Shown piece after piece: positions 1-10,510 of a DNA stretch of 32,000 bases. The notes under the pieces are model-generated. The model saw nothing but the letters and a program-made list of their open reading frames with translations. It was not told the DNA's origin and made no database searches. The translations under genes were made by a program, and so were the position numbers. Each line of letters begins with the position of its first letter. Position 1 is the first letter of the stretch. Source of the DNA: Raphidiopsis brookii D9 (lineage in GTDB: Bacteria > Cyanobacteriota > Cyanobacteriia > Cyanobacteriales > Nostocaceae); assembly GCA_000175855.1 (NCBI GenBank), contig ACYB01000020.1, positions 60,001 to 92,000 on the forward strand. The letters are read 5' to 3'.

Positions 1-101
1 GCTTTTCTGAATAATGGGTGGTGAATTTTTGCGGTTTGTTAGTGGTGAAGTTCATATATGGGAATTGGGAATATCAATTCTGTCGACGATGTTGTAGGCG
101 A

Positions 102-1073
102 TTATAGCATACAGGATAAAAAATCTTGTTTTAATTTTGTCCCATCTAGGTTCCTTCCGATAAAAACTAGTTCATTTTTTCTAGGTTCACTATATTTCCA
201 GGGTCTATCTGGTCTACCATCAAATATCATGTGTACCCCCTGAAAGACAAAACGCTCTTCTTCACCAGCAATATTCAAAATGCCCTTCATGCGAAAAATA
301 TCTTGCCCTTGATTGCGCAATAATTGCCCTAACCAAACATTTAATTTCTCCCCATCTAAGGCACCTGATTCTACTAAAGCTACTGAACCTATGCTATTAT
401 CATGTTCATGGGTATCTTCACCTAAAAAATTGGGATTTATTTCCAATGCTCTGGCTAAATCAAAGGCTCTCACATCTAATAAGGCATCCATGGATAGTTG
501 GGAATTTTGGGTATGGTAAATTTTAGCCATGGCGTTCATGGCACGAATTCGCTTTTCTAATTCTTCCAAAGTTTCTGAGGAAACTAAATCGGTTTTATTC
601 AACAAAATCACATCGGCAAAGGCTATTTGCTCCTGAGCTTCATCCGCTTCCCAGTGTTGCCAAATGTGTTTGGCATCTACAACTGTTACTACCGCATCTA
701 ATGATAGTTGATTTTGCATGTCCTCATCCACAAAAAAGGTCTGAATTACAGGCGCAGGATCTGCTAATCCGGTGGTTTCAATCACTAAATGGTCGAACTT
801 ATCCCGCCGTTTCATTAAATTACCAATGATCCGAATTAAATCCCCACGCACTGTACAGCAAATACAACCGTTGTTCATTTCAAAAATTTCTTCTTCCGCA
901 TCAATCACTAGTTGATTATCAATGCCCACTTCCCCAAATTCATTAATGATTACAGCTACTTTCTTACCGTGCTCGTAGGTGAGAATGTGATTCAGTAAGG
1001 TGGTTTTTCCTGCCCCTAAATACCCTGTTAAAACGGTTACAGGTATGGTAGTCGAGATTTCTGAAGCTATCAT
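102..1073 (-). CDS. COG0523-family (CobW/YjiA/ZigA-like) G3E P-loop GTPase, putative zinc/metal chaperone
   Basis: 323-aa ORF. It has Walker A GYLGAGKTTLLNHIL, the CxCC metal motif GCICCTV, ETTGLADP and NKTDL GTPase motifs, and a C-terminal CobW_C-like region. Confidence 0.9.
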   Translation of the reverse strand: MIASEISTTIPVTVLTGYLGAGKTTLLNHILTYEHGKKVAVIINEFGEVGIDNQLVIDAEEEIFEMNNGCICCTVRGDLIRIIGNLMKRRDKFDHLVIETTGLADPAPVIQTFFVDEDMQNQLSLDAVVTVVDAKHIWQHWEADEAQEQIAFADVILLNKTDLVSSETLEELEKRIRAMNAMAKIYHTQNSQLSMDALLDVRAFDLARALEINPNFLGEDTHEHDNSIGSVALVESGALDGEKLNVWLGQLLRNQGQDIFRMKGILNIAGEEERFVFQGVHMIFDGRPDRPWKYSEPRKNELVFIGRNLDGTKLKQDFLSCML

Positions 1074-1098
1074 AATTTATCCACTTATCCCCAGTTTT

Positions 1099-1113
1099 TG
1101 ATAATCATTCTTT
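1099..1113. promoter_or_regulatory. Candidate Fur-family (Zur-type) operator upstream of the COG0523 gene
   Basis: TGATAAT-C-ATTCTTT lies 26-40 nt upstream of the start codon at 1073. The left half matches the 7-1-7 TGATAAT-N-ATTATCA type box perfectly and the right half matches 4/7. The match is partial only. Confidence 0.3.
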
Positions 1114-1359
1114 TTTTAACATAACTTTTGGCAGTTGCAATACCTTATTTTCTGGAAGGAATCACAGATTTGTTTGAAGTTTTGTAAAGTTTAGCAACAA
1201 TTTGGTCATAGTTGTTGCAGGAGTTGAGATGAAGGTGGTATGGTAGGCGAATTGTATGTTAAATGTTAAAGAAATATCTAGAACTAAATAATCCTCCTAA
1301 AACTAAGTCTTGTACTAATTTTCGTAAAATCTCGGATACCAAGTAGTTGGTCAGTTCCT

Positions 1360-3572
1360 ATGTCTTATCCGTTATACGTCGCTTTTATCTGGCATCAACA
1401 TCAACCACTGTATAAGTCACCCGCTAATAACCACTATCGTTTGCCCTGGGTGAGGTTACATGGCACAAAGGACTATCTAGATTTAATCCTATTACTGGAA
1501 AATACCCCAAATTGCACCAAACAGTAAATTTGGTCCCGTCTCTAATTCTCCAGTTGGAAGATTATATCAAGGGTAATGCTTTTGACCCCTATCTGACGGC
1601 CAGTTTGACCCCTGTGGAAAAATTGACTATAGAACAGAAAGAATTCATTATCCAACACTTTTTTGACGCTAATCACCACACTTTGATTGACCCCCATCCC
1701 CGTTACGGACAGTTATACCACCAAAGACAGGAAAAAGGACAGGAATGGTGTTTGTCAAATTGGCAATCGGTGGATTACGGCGATTTGTTGGCTTGGCATA
1801 ATTTGGCTTGGATTGATCCCCTATTTTGGGATGACCCGGAAATTTCAGCTTGGTTAAAACAGGGCCGGGATTTTACTTTGGGCGATCGCCAAAGGATCTA
1901 TTCTAAACAGAGACAAATACTAAGTCGCATTATTCCTCAACATCGGAAAATGCAGGAGAGCGGACAGTTGGAGGTGACTACAACTCCTTATACCCATCCC
2001 ATATTACCCCTGTTAGCAGATACTAATGCTGGAAGGGTAGCGGTGGGAAATATGACATTGCCCAGTTCTCGGTTTAACTGGGCCGAAGATATTCCTCGTC
2101 ATTTACGAAAAGCCTGGGATTTTTACCAAGAAAGATTTGGTCAGGTGCCAAGGGGTTTATGGCCTTCGGAGCAGTCCGTTAGTCCGGAGATTTTGCCCTA
2201 TGTGATCAAACAAGGATTCAAGTGGATTTGCTCGGATGAAGCGGTTTTGGGTTGGACTACAAGACATTTTTTCCATCGAGATGGAGCGGGAAATGTCCAG
2301 GAACCAGAACTATTATACCGTCCCTATAGATTACAAACTCCCGAAGGCGAGGTGTCTATTGTTTTTCGGGATCATAGATTATCGGATTTAATCGGGTTTA
2401 CCTATAGTTCTATGCAACCTAGGCAAGCGGTTGCCAACTTGGTTGGACATTTGGAGGCAATTTCTAGACAGCAAAAAGAGAGGTCAACTGAACAACCCTG
2501 GTTAGTCACTATTGCTTTGGATGGGGAAAACTGCTGGGAATTCTACCCGGAAGATGGCAAACCCTTTTTAGAAACTCTATATCAAACCCTAAGTCAGGAA
2601 CCTAATATTCAACTGGTAACGGTTTCTGAATTTTTAGACAAGTATCCCCCTACAGCTACTATTAATGGAGATAGGTTGCATAGTGGTTCCTGGGTAGATG
2701 GTAGTTTTACCACTTGGATAGGAGATCCGGTAAAAAACCGAGCTTGGGATTATCTTGTTCAAGCTAGACAAACTCTAGCCAGACACCCAGAAGCTACGGA
2801 AGAAAATAATCCCGCTGCATGGGAAGCTCTATATGCTGCTGAGGGATCAGACTGGTTCTGGTGGTTTGGGGAAGGACATTCATCAAATCAAGATGCCATA
2901 TTTGATCAGTTATTCAGAGAGCATCTTTATGGCATTTATAGAGCACTAAATGAACCCATACCTGCTTATTTAAATTCGCCCTTAGAAGTTCATGAAGTAA
3001 AAGCAGACCGTCGCCCAGAAAGTTTTATTCATCCAGTTATTGATGGTAAAGGGGATGAGCAAGATTGGGACAAGGCTGGTAGGGTAGAAGTGGGTGGTGC
3101 TAGAGGAACAATGCACCAAAGTAGTCTCATCCAGCGTCTTTGGTATGGGGTAGATCACCTCAATTTCTATTTGCGGGTGGACTTTAAAAATGGACTTACC
3201 CCTGGAAAGGAATTGCCACCGGAATTAAATTTACTGTGGTACTATCCGGACAGACCAATGGTAAACAGTTCCATACCTCTTGCGGAGATTCCGGATATGG
3301 CTCCGGTTAATTATTTGTTCCACCATCACTTAGAAATTAATTTGATTTCCCAAGCGGTTCAATTTCGAGAAGCTGTAGAAAATTATCAATGGTTACCCCG
3401 TGCTAGTCGGGCTCAGGTTGCTTTAAATACTTGCTTAGAAGTAGCAGTGCCATGGATAGATTTACAGGTTCCCCCTGATTACCCTCTGAGGTTAATTTTG
3501 GTTTTAGCTGATGATGGCTGTTTTCATAGTTATTTACCAGAAAATGCCCTAATTCCTATCGAGGTTCCCTAA
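1360..3572 (+). pseudogene. Glycoside hydrolase family 57 protein (glycogen/alpha-glucan active), reading frame broken by a 1-nt frameshift near 1499-1502
   Basis: The track ORF 1512..3572 starts at TTG and lacks the GH57 N-terminus. Frame +1 from ATG 1360 encodes MSYPLYVAFIWHQHQPLYKSPANNHYRLPWVRLHGTKDYLDLILLLE (GH57 region I, HQHQP) and stops at 1525-1527. One extra A in the A4 run at 1499-1502 would read ...LLLEKYPKLHQTVNLVPS... continuously. Downstream GH57 motifs are present: GQLEV, WPSEQS, ALDGENCWE, AEGSDWFWW. It could be an intact CDS if the indel is an assembly error. Confidence 0.8.
1882..1889. repeat. HIP1 palindrome GCGATCGC
   Basis: Exact octamer read in the sequence. Confidence 0.95.
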
Positions 3573-3594
3573 AATCTTTAAAATCATTCATCAA

Positions 3595-3626
3595 AAACGG
3601 TGGGGAGTTAGATTTCCCCACCGTTT
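3595..3626. terminator. Bidirectional intrinsic terminator hairpin between the convergent GH57 and clpC genes
   Basis: A perfect 12-bp stem, AAACGGTGGGGA (3595-3606) with TCCCCACCGTTT (3615-3626), and an 8-nt loop. The A-run on the left and T-run on the right fit termination from either strand. Confidence 0.6.
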
Positions 3627-3669
3627 AGGGTGTTCAGTTTGGGGTGTTTAAGTTTTTAAAAACTTCTCA

Positions 3670-6141
3670 CTACAGCTCGATAGTTGGAGCAACTAACTCC
3701 GGACGCTGTCTAGCTGTTACTTGGACAACACCATTTTCGTCTATGTCAACGTAAGCAATGTCCCCATCCTTGATTCGTCCAGACAGAATCTCTTCTGCTA
3801 AACTATCCTCGAGTAATCGCATAATTGCTCGACGTAATGGTCTGGCACCATAGCTGGGACTATAACCTTCTTGGATTAAACGGTCTTTAAAGCGATCGCT
3901 CACTTCTAAGGCAATACCTTTTTCCGTCAATCGACCAAAGACTTCCTTGAGCATGATGTCGGCAATTTCAGTAACTTCAGCCTTGTTCAACTGACGGAAG
4001 ACAATAATTTCATCCAGACGGTTTAAGAACTCAGGACGGAAATACTGCTTGAGTTCTTCATTCACCAAGGAGCGAATACGATTGTACTGCGATTCAGCTG
4101 CATCTTCAGCAAACTCAAAGCCAATACCGCTACCACCTTTTTCAATTACCTTAGAACCAATGTTAGAGGTCAAAATTAACAAGGTATTCTTAAAGTCTAC
4201 TGTGCGTCCTTTAGCATCGGTCAAACGACCATCTTCTAAAATTTGCAGCAGCATATTGAATACATCCGGGTGTGCTTTTTCGATTTCGTCAAACAGCACT
4301 ACAGTATAGGGACGACGACGTACCGCCTCCGTGAGCTGACCACCTTCATTGTAGCCGACGTAACCTGGAGGGGAACCAATTAACTTACTAACGGTATGAC
4401 GCTCCATATACTCGGACATGTCTAAGCGAATCATTGCTTCTTCCGAGCCGAAGAAGTAAGACGCTAGAGATTTAGCTAATTCGGTTTTACCTACTCCAGT
4501 GGGACCAGAGAAGACAAAACTAGCAATTGGGCGATTGGGATTTTTTAGACCTACACGAGCGCGACGAATGGCTCGAGAAACGGCCTTAACCGCATCCTCT
4601 TGACCAATAAGACGCTGATGTAGGGTATCTTCCATGTGTAGTAACTTTTCCGATTCGGATTCAGTGAGTTTATTCACTGGTACACCGGTCCAGGAAGCCA
4701 CAATGTGAGCGATATCTTCCTCCGTTACTACCGGTTCAACCCCCTCTGCACTGGTTCCATTAGCTTTGTTTTGGGCGATCGACCTAATTTCCGCCTTGAT
4801 TTCCATTTCTCTGTCACGCAGTTCTCCCGCACGGTCAAAGTCTTGGGAACGCACAGCATCATCTTTTTCTTTTAAAATTTGCCGCAGTTCCTTATCTAGC
4901 TCCTTAGCTGCTGGAGGTAACTGAGAATTAATTAGACGAACACGAGAACCTGCTTCGTCAACTAGGTCGATGGCCTTATCCGGCAAATAGCGATCGCTAA
5001 TATATCTATCAGATAGTTTCGCTGCTGCTACTAAAGCTTCATCAGAGATTTTTAACTTGTGATGCGCTTCATATCGATCGCGCAACCCATATAAAATTTC
5101 TATTGTTTCATCAACAGAGGGTTCGCCCACCATTACAGGTTGAAACCGTCTTTCCAGGGCTGCATCTCGTTCGATGTGCTTCCTGTACTCATCCAAAGTA
5201 GTAGCACCGATGCACTGTAATTCACCCCTGGCCAAAGCTGGTTTGAGAATATTAGCAGCATCAATAGCTCCTTCAGCAGCACCTGCACCGATTAAGGTAT
5301 GAACCTCGTCAATTACCAGGATGACATTACCCGCTTGGCGGATTTCATCCATGATTTTCTTTAGGCGCTCTTCAAATTCCCCACGATACTTAGTTCCTGC
5401 TACCAGGAGACCAATATCGAGGGTAACAACACGCTTATCCTCTAAGATGTCCGGGACATCCTTGTTAGCGATGCGGCTGGCCAAACCTTCAGCAATGGCC
5501 GTTTTACCAACTCCAGGTTCACCAATCAGCACCGGATTATTTTTAGTCCGGCGACCCAAAATTTGAATCACACGCTCGATTTCCTTGGCGCGTCCCACCA
5601 CGGGATCAAGCTTGTTATCTACGGCCATTTGAGTCAAATTAGAGCCGAATTCATCCAAGGTCGGGGTTTTTGTGCGACCCGAAGAACCGCCAGGAGTAAC
5701 TTCCGCAGTTTCTCCTAACATCCTAATTACTTGGGTTCTCACCTTTGACAAATCTACACCCAGGTTCTCTAGCACCCTGGCTGCTACGCCTTCCCCTTCA
5801 CGGATGAGACCCAACAGCAGATGCTCGGTGCCTATGTAGTTATGCCCTAGTTGGCGTGCTTCTTCTAAGGATAGCTCCAGAACCCGCTTGGCTCGTGGTG
5901 TAAACGGAATTTCTACAGCCACAAAGCCAGATCCCCGACCTATGATTTTTTCCACCTCAATTCGGGCATCTTTGAGATTGACACCCATTGACTTTAGCAC
6001 CTTGGCGGCCACCCCTGTTCCTTCTCCTATCAGACCCAGGAGGATCTGTTCGGTTCCGACAAAGTTGTGACCTAAACGGCGGGCCTCTTCTTGGGCCAGC
6101 ATGATTACCTTAATGGCTTTTTCTGTGAAGCGTTCAAACAT
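3670..6141 (-). CDS. clpC: ATP-dependent Clp protease ATP-binding subunit ClpC
   Basis: Two Clp_N repeats at the N-terminus ([25 protein letters not shown]...). It also has two AAA+ modules ([18 protein letters not shown]), a UVR-like linker and the ClpP-docking IGF loop (GSGIGFEF). I place the start at ATG 6141 (MFERF...). The 34 extra N-terminal codons in the track ORF (to 6243) have no Clp homology. Confidence 0.95.
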   Translation of the reverse strand: MFERFTEKAIKVIMLAQEEARRLGHNFVGTEQILLGLIGEGTGVAAKVLKSMGVNLKDARIEVEKIIGRGSGFVAVEIPFTPRAKRVLELSLEEARQLGHNYIGTEHLLLGLIREGEGVAARVLENLGVDLSKVRTQVIRMLGETAEVTPGGSSGRTKTPTLDEFGSNLTQMAVDNKLDPVVGRAKEIERVIQILGRRTKNNPVLIGEPGVGKTAIAEGLASRIANKDVPDILEDKRVVTLDIGLLVAGTKYRGEFEERLKKIMDEIRQAGNVILVIDEVHTLIGAGAAEGAIDAANILKPALARGELQCIGATTLDEYRKHIERDAALERRFQPVMVGEPSVDETIEILYGLRDRYEAHHKLKISDEALVAAAKLSDRYISDRYLPDKAIDLVDEAGSRVRLINSQLPPAAKELDKELRQILKEKDDAVRSQDFDRAGELRDREMEIKAEIRSIAQNKANGTSAEGVEPVVTEEDIAHIVASWTGVPVNKLTESESEKLLHMEDTLHQRLIGQEDAVKAVSRAIRRARVGLKNPNRPIASFVFSGPTGVGKTELAKSLASYFFGSEEAMIRLDMSEYMERHTVSKLIGSPPGYVGYNEGGQLTEAVRRRPYTVVLFDEIEKAHPDVFNMLLQILEDGRLTDAKGRTVDFKNTLLILTSNIGSKVIEKGGSGIGFEFAEDAAESQYNRIRSLVNEELKQYFRPEFLNRLDEIIVFRQLNKAEVTEIADIMLKEVFGRLTEKGIALEVSDRFKDRLIQEGYSPSYGARPLRRAIMRLLEDSLAEEILSGRIKDGDIAYVDIDENGVVQVTARQRPELVAPTIEL
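3892..3899. repeat. HIP1 palindrome GCGATCGC
   Basis: Exact octamer read in the sequence. Confidence 0.95.
4990..4997. repeat. HIP1 palindrome GCGATCGC
   Basis: Exact octamer in clpC, encoding the S-D-R of YISDRY. Confidence 0.95.
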
Positions 6142-6358
6142 GGCATCCTTCCCATCACCTGCGTCGTGCCGGTACGTCGATTTTAGCACAAGCAAAACTT
6201 TTGGATATCCCCGTTGCCAAACAAATATAATATTCCCACTCAAGACCCGGTACTATATAGTTGCGGCTTTGTCAATCTGTGATAATTTTATTAAAAGTTA
6301 GTAAAATTTTACATAATATATTCTTATCTAAAACAGACAATGATGTTGAATTGATCTA

Positions 6359-6919
6359 CTAATTCTCCTCTTGTATTAGTAGCCAGGAGAATTGACCCAG
6401 ACGCTCTTGGACAAGAACATGCCATTTGTCTAATGTTTGCAGAAAATGGGGGTGTTGTAACTGAGAAATCCATAAAATCAAACCATCTTCTTGATTATCC
6501 TGATAATAACGGGGTCTAATGCCAGCAGTTTTCCATCCAAATTTTTTATACAAGGAAATTGCTGGGGTGTTAGAAACACGAACTTCTAGTGTAGCCCGTT
6601 CTAATCCCATGTCTACTGCGTCTTTTATCAGAGAGTATAATAAGGCTTGTCCTAGACCTTGCCCCTGATATTCCGGATGCACAGCTAAAATGGTAATGTG
6701 TGCTTCTTCTAAAACTGACCAAAAACAACCTATTCCTAGCAAGTCATGGCTGGGAATTAGTGAAAATAAACCGAGGAAGTGACTACTGATACTTTCTATC
6801 TCTTGGCGATAGCCCTCTATTGTCCACAGACCATCAAAACAAGCCTGATCAAGTTCTAGCAGGTCAGTTAAATGTTCTAAGGTCACGGGTTCAATTTTTA
6901 ATTCGGATAATTTCACCAT
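6359..6919 (-). CDS. rimI: GNAT-family N-acetyltransferase, RimI-like (ribosomal-protein-alanine acetyltransferase)
   Basis: 186-aa ORF with the GNAT acetyl-CoA motif HPEYQGQGLGQALL. Its size and layout are typical of RimI. Confidence 0.75.
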   Translation of the reverse strand: MVKLSELKIEPVTLEHLTDLLELDQACFDGLWTIEGYRQEIESISSHFLGLFSLIPSHDLLGIGCFWSVLEEAHITILAVHPEYQGQGLGQALLYSLIKDAVDMGLERATLEVRVSNTPAISLYKKFGWKTAGIRPRYYQDNQEDGLILWISQLQHPHFLQTLDKWHVLVQERLGQFSWLLIQEEN

Positions 6920-7063
6920 ACTTCCCCTGTTCTATCTTCTTTTTAGACCTTTTAGCTAGGTTTTTTGATAAAGTGGATGTCAGGACTTTAGCTCCCACCA
7001 TCAAAAGTTAACCCTAATCAACTCAAAAATCAACGCTTTAATCAGGACAAATTTTAATTAATT

Positions 7064-8458
7064 ATGGTATCGACTTACCCTGTCAAGGTTCAACCTTCCG
7101 GTTATCAGTATCTATCTATTGTAGATGTTTCTCCTAATCAGCAACTTCTACCTATAACTGCCAAAGTTATTGATCATGATTTCCTGGAAATTGGCGGATG
7201 TGATGTTAAAACTCTGGTTCAACAGTTTGGCTCTCCCCTCTATATCCTAGATGAACTAACTGTGCGCACCGCTTGTCAACAATATCGAGACGCTTTTACT
7301 AAATACTACAAAGGACATTCCCAAGTACTGTATGCTTCTAAAGCATGGAACTGTTTAGCAGTTTGCGCCATTGTTGCTTCAGAAGGTTTAGGAATAGATG
7401 TGGTATCTGGTGGGGAACTTTACACCGCTTTAACTGCGGGTATGAGTCCGGACAAAATCTACCTTCATGGCAATAATAAATCTCACCATGAACTGATGTT
7501 TGCCGTGGAGACAGGTTGCACAATCGTAGTTGACAACTGGTACGAATTAAGGACCCTAGTAGCTATCCTAGAGCAGGATGAACAGGACCAAGCTAAAAAA
7601 ATCAGGATCATGTTACGGTTAACCCCGGGAATTGAATGTCATACCCATGAATATATCCGTACTGGACACTTAGATAGTAAATTTGGTTTTGACCCCAATG
7701 ACTTACCAGAGGTATTTAGCTTTGTCAGTCAACAGTCAAGACTACACTGTGTGGGTGTACATGCTCACATTGGTTCCCAAATTTTTGAACGTCAACCCCA
7801 TCGAGATTTAGCCGCTGTAATGGTACAGTGGTTGCGTGAAGCAAAACAATACAATCTAGAATTGGCAGAGCTAAATGTTGGTGGTGGACTGGGAATTAAG
7901 TATACCGAGTCCGATGATCCCCCAAGCATTGAAGAATGGTCTAGGGCAATTTGTGAAGTAGTTCAAAATGTTTGCGCTGAAGAAAACTTACCCTTACCTA
8001 AACTTTTGTGTGAACCCGGGCGATCGCTGATTGCTACGGGAGGTGTGACTGCTTACACTATTGGTTCAACTAAGACCATTCCCGATATTCGTACCTATGT
8101 AACCATTGACGGAGGAATGTCCGATAATCCTCGTCCAATTACATATCAATCAGTTTATCGAGCAGTAGTAGCCAATAAAATGTCTGCCCCCCTAACAGAA
8201 ACGGTTACCTTAGCGGGTAAACACTGTGAATCGGGAGATATTCTGATTAAAAATGTCCAACTGCCAAAAACTGAGCCAGGGGATGTGCTAGTAGTTATGA
8301 CAACGGGAGCATATAATTACAGTATGGCCTCCAACTACAATCGTTTACCCCGTCCAGCAGCAGTTCTAGTAGCCAATGGAGAGGCAAATCTAATATTGCA
8401 ACGGGAAACCTATCAAGACATCATCCGACAAGATTGTTTACCGGGAAGACTCAAATAA
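7064..8458 (+). CDS. lysA: Diaminopimelate decarboxylase
   Basis: 464-aa ORF with the PLP-lysine motif YASKAW and the motifs HAHIGSQI, GGGLGI, EPGRSLIA and CESGD. Confidence 0.9.
   Translation: MVSTYPVKVQPSGYQYLSIVDVSPNQQLLPITAKVIDHDFLEIGGCDVKTLVQQFGSPLYILDELTVRTACQQYRDAFTKYYKGHSQVLYASKAWNCLAVCAIVASEGLGIDVVSGGELYTALTAGMSPDKIYLHGNNKSHHELMFAVETGCTIVVDNWYELRTLVAILEQDEQDQAKKIRIMLRLTPGIECHTHEYIRTGHLDSKFGFDPNDLPEVFSFVSQQSRLHCVGVHAHIGSQIFERQPHRDLAAVMVQWLREAKQYNLELAELNVGGGLGIKYTESDDPPSIEEWSRAICEVVQNVCAEENLPLPKLLCEPGRSLIATGGVTAYTIGSTKTIPDIRTYVTIDGGMSDNPRPITYQSVYRAVVANKMSAPLTETVTLAGKHCESGDILIKNVQLPKTEPGDVLVVMTTGAYNYSMASNYNRLPRPAAVLVANGEANLILQRETYQDIIRQDCLPGRLK
8020..8027. repeat. HIP1 palindrome GCGATCGC
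   Basis: Exact octamer read in the sequence. Confidence 0.95.
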
Positions 8459-8491
8459 TTAGCAACAATTAAGAGAGTCATCAAGCAGCTG

Positions 8492-9487
8492 GTGGGTTCC
8501 CTTGCGTGGTTATTAACCTTAGTTTATCCAGATGTCATGAGAAATTGGTGGAAGCAATGGCTGACGACAAACTTAGAATGGTCACAGTCCTTGCTGATTG
8601 GGGCTCTGGATATTCTCTTTGTGGTCGGTTTGACATATATGATTCTGGTAATTATTAGTGAACGTCGAACACTATGGATGGTGAGGGGGTTTATTTTTCT
8701 AATGTTGGCTTCAGCAATAAGTGGAGCTTTAAACCTCCTTTTACTCAATTTTGTTTTGGAGAAGCTAGTTATTGGTTGTGCCGTGGCCATGGCCGTGTCA
8801 TTACAGTTGGAGTTTCGCCGGTTTCTCGAACAACTAGGAAGAGGAGAATTTCGACAGTTATTTCAACCCCACCGATTAACAGTAACTAAATCTGATAGCG
8901 TAATTGATGAAATTGTTGATGCTATTAAAGAACTTTCCAAAAATCGTATTGGTGCTTTATTAATTTTGGAGACTACTGAACCTATCGATGAGCGGGACTT
9001 TTCCGTACCAGGAGTAAAGTTAAATGCACAAGTGTCTAAGGAACTTCTACAGACGATTTTTCAGCCCAAAACCCTATTACACGATGGAGCAACTTTAATT
9101 CGTGGTTCACGGATTATCTCGTCAGGTATAATTTTACCACTTTCGGGACGTACGGCCTCCCGTCAGTTGGGAACAAGACACCGAGCAGCTATGGGAATTA
9201 CTGAGCGAGTGGAAAATTGCATTTGTGTTGTGGTGTCAGAGGAAACTGGCTCTATTTCCTTAGCGGAACGGGGAACTTTATATAGACCACTGACAATTAG
9301 GAAGCTAAAGGAGTCTCTGGAAGCTCGTTTTTCTACCACTGTAGATCGGGAAGTCGTTGCACCTGGTGTTTTTGGTTTGGTTAGTCAAATTGCTAGTCAA
9401 ATTTTTAGATTTGTTTTCCGTTTATTTAGATTACCATTATCTTTTACCAAAAAAATCAGACTGAAAAATGACAATACAACAAACTGA
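8492..9487 (+). CDS. cdaA: Diadenylate cyclase CdaA (c-di-AMP synthase), membrane-anchored
   Basis: Three predicted N-terminal TM helices precede a DAC domain with LHDGATLI (DGA), [12 protein letters not shown] (RHR) and [13 protein letters not shown]. The track start is GTG 8492 and an in-frame ATG at 8537 (MRNWWKQW) is an alternative. The 3' end overlaps uppS by 20 nt. Confidence 0.85.
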   Translation: MGSLAWLLTLVYPDVMRNWWKQWLTTNLEWSQSLLIGALDILFVVGLTYMILVIISERRTLWMVRGFIFLMLASAISGALNLLLLNFVLEKLVIGCAVAMAVSLQLEFRRFLEQLGRGEFRQLFQPHRLTVTKSDSVIDEIVDAIKELSKNRIGALLILETTEPIDERDFSVPGVKLNAQVSKELLQTIFQPKTLLHDGATLIRGSRIISSGIILPLSGRTASRQLGTRHRAAMGITERVENCICVVVSEETGSISLAERGTLYRPLTIRKLKESLEARFSTTVDREVVAPGVFGLVSQIASQIFRFVFRLFRLPLSFTKKIRLKNDNTTN

Positions 9488-10217
9488 ACTTCTATATTTA
9501 CCTCCCGATTTAAAACCAGAATTATTACCTAAACATGTGGCCGTAATTATGGATGGCAATGGTCGATGGGCCAAGGGTCAGGGTCTTCCCCGAATTATGG
9601 GTCACAAGCGGGGTGTGGACGCTCTGAAAAACTTGCTACGCTGTTGCAAGGATTGGGGAATCCAAGCTCTAACTGCTTATGCTTTTTCTACGGAAAACTG
9701 GAATAGACCACATGAAGAGGTGGAATTTTTAATGACTCTTTTCCAAGGGGTGCTACGTCAAGAACTACGGGAAATGGTTGAGGAAAATGTGGAAATTCAG
9801 TTTGTTGGTAATTTACAAGCTTTACCTGTAGCACTGCAGCGGGAAATCTCCCACTCCATGGCGGAAACCCGTGGTAATCAAAGTATTAAGTTTACCGTGG
9901 CTACCAATTATGGTGGTAGACAAGAAATTGTACAAGCTTGTCAAGCTATTGCCCAAAAAGTTAAAGAGGGTTTATTAAACCCAGAGGAAATTTCTGAGGA
10001 GTTATTTGCTGGTCACTTGTACACAGCAGGAATTGCAGACCCGGATTTACTCATCCGCACCAGTGGAGAAATGCGCTTATCTAATTTCTTGCTTTGGCAA
10101 ATGGCCTATGCAGAAATTTATATCACTGATACTTTGTGGCCAGATTTTGGCAGACGAGAATTCCATCTCGCTTTGCTTGCTTATCAACAAAGAGAACGAC
10201 GGTTCGGTGTGGTCTAA
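9468..10217 (+). CDS. uppS: Isoprenyl transferase / undecaprenyl-diphosphate synthase
   Basis: 249-aa ORF with [13 protein letters not shown] and [20 protein letters not shown], the cis-prenyltransferase signature motifs. Confidence 0.9.
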   Translation: MTIQQTELLYLPPDLKPELLPKHVAVIMDGNGRWAKGQGLPRIMGHKRGVDALKNLLRCCKDWGIQALTAYAFSTENWNRPHEEVEFLMTLFQGVLRQELREMVEENVEIQFVGNLQALPVALQREISHSMAETRGNQSIKFTVATNYGGRQEIVQACQAIAQKVKEGLLNPEEISEELFAGHLYTAGIADPDLLIRTSGEMRLSNFLLWQMAYAEIYITDTLWPDFGRREFHLALLAYQQRERRFGVV

Positions 10218-10219
10218 AA

Positions 10220-10486
10220 TCAAGGACCGGAAAAAACCGCTTGCTCTATATCCTTTCGACTTAGGGAATACCTAAAGGAACGTTGGATATCTTGACCATT
10301 TTCCCCCGCTTGGATATACCTTACTGTCAACTGCTCAATATCCAGCCATAATTCTGCCTGCCATGTTTGCTTTTTTAACCGCCAACAATGTAGCTCTGTT
10401 TCGTCTTGTTGGCAACCTTGATACTTTAACCACTCTTCAATTTGTGGTAAGGGATGATTGTATAGCGGGGTCTCTGGGGATAACAT
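10220..10486 (-). CDS. Small conserved hypothetical protein (recalls the cyanobacteria/plant DUF3143 family; unverified)
   Basis: 88-aa ORF that is co-directional with the J-protein genes and ends 24 nt after the upstream gene. Its N-terminus is TPLYNHPLPQIEEWL...GC. The family assignment is from memory and needs an HMM check. Confidence 0.55.
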   Translation of the reverse strand: MLSPETPLYNHPLPQIEEWLKYQGCQQDETELHCWRLKKQTWQAELWLDIEQLTVRYIQAGENGQDIQRSFRYSLSRKDIEQAVFSGP

Positions 10487-10510
10487 AGATAATTAAAAAT
10501 CAATAAATCA

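Noticed and set aside
1499-1502. Programmed -1 ribosomal frameshifting or transcriptional slippage as the explanation for the GH57 split, and likewise for the vWA gene near 18095.
   Set aside because: Neither site is a canonical X XXY YYZ heptamer. The homopolymers (A4, G3) are too short for efficient slippage, and no obvious downstream stimulatory hairpin was seen. An indel, real or artefactual, is the simpler explanation.
6142-6243. A 34-codon N-terminal extension of clpC in the ORF track ([15 protein letters not shown]...).
   Set aside because: Clp_N homology begins exactly at MFERFTEKA (ATG 6141). The extension has no homology-like character and would consume the likely 5' UTR.
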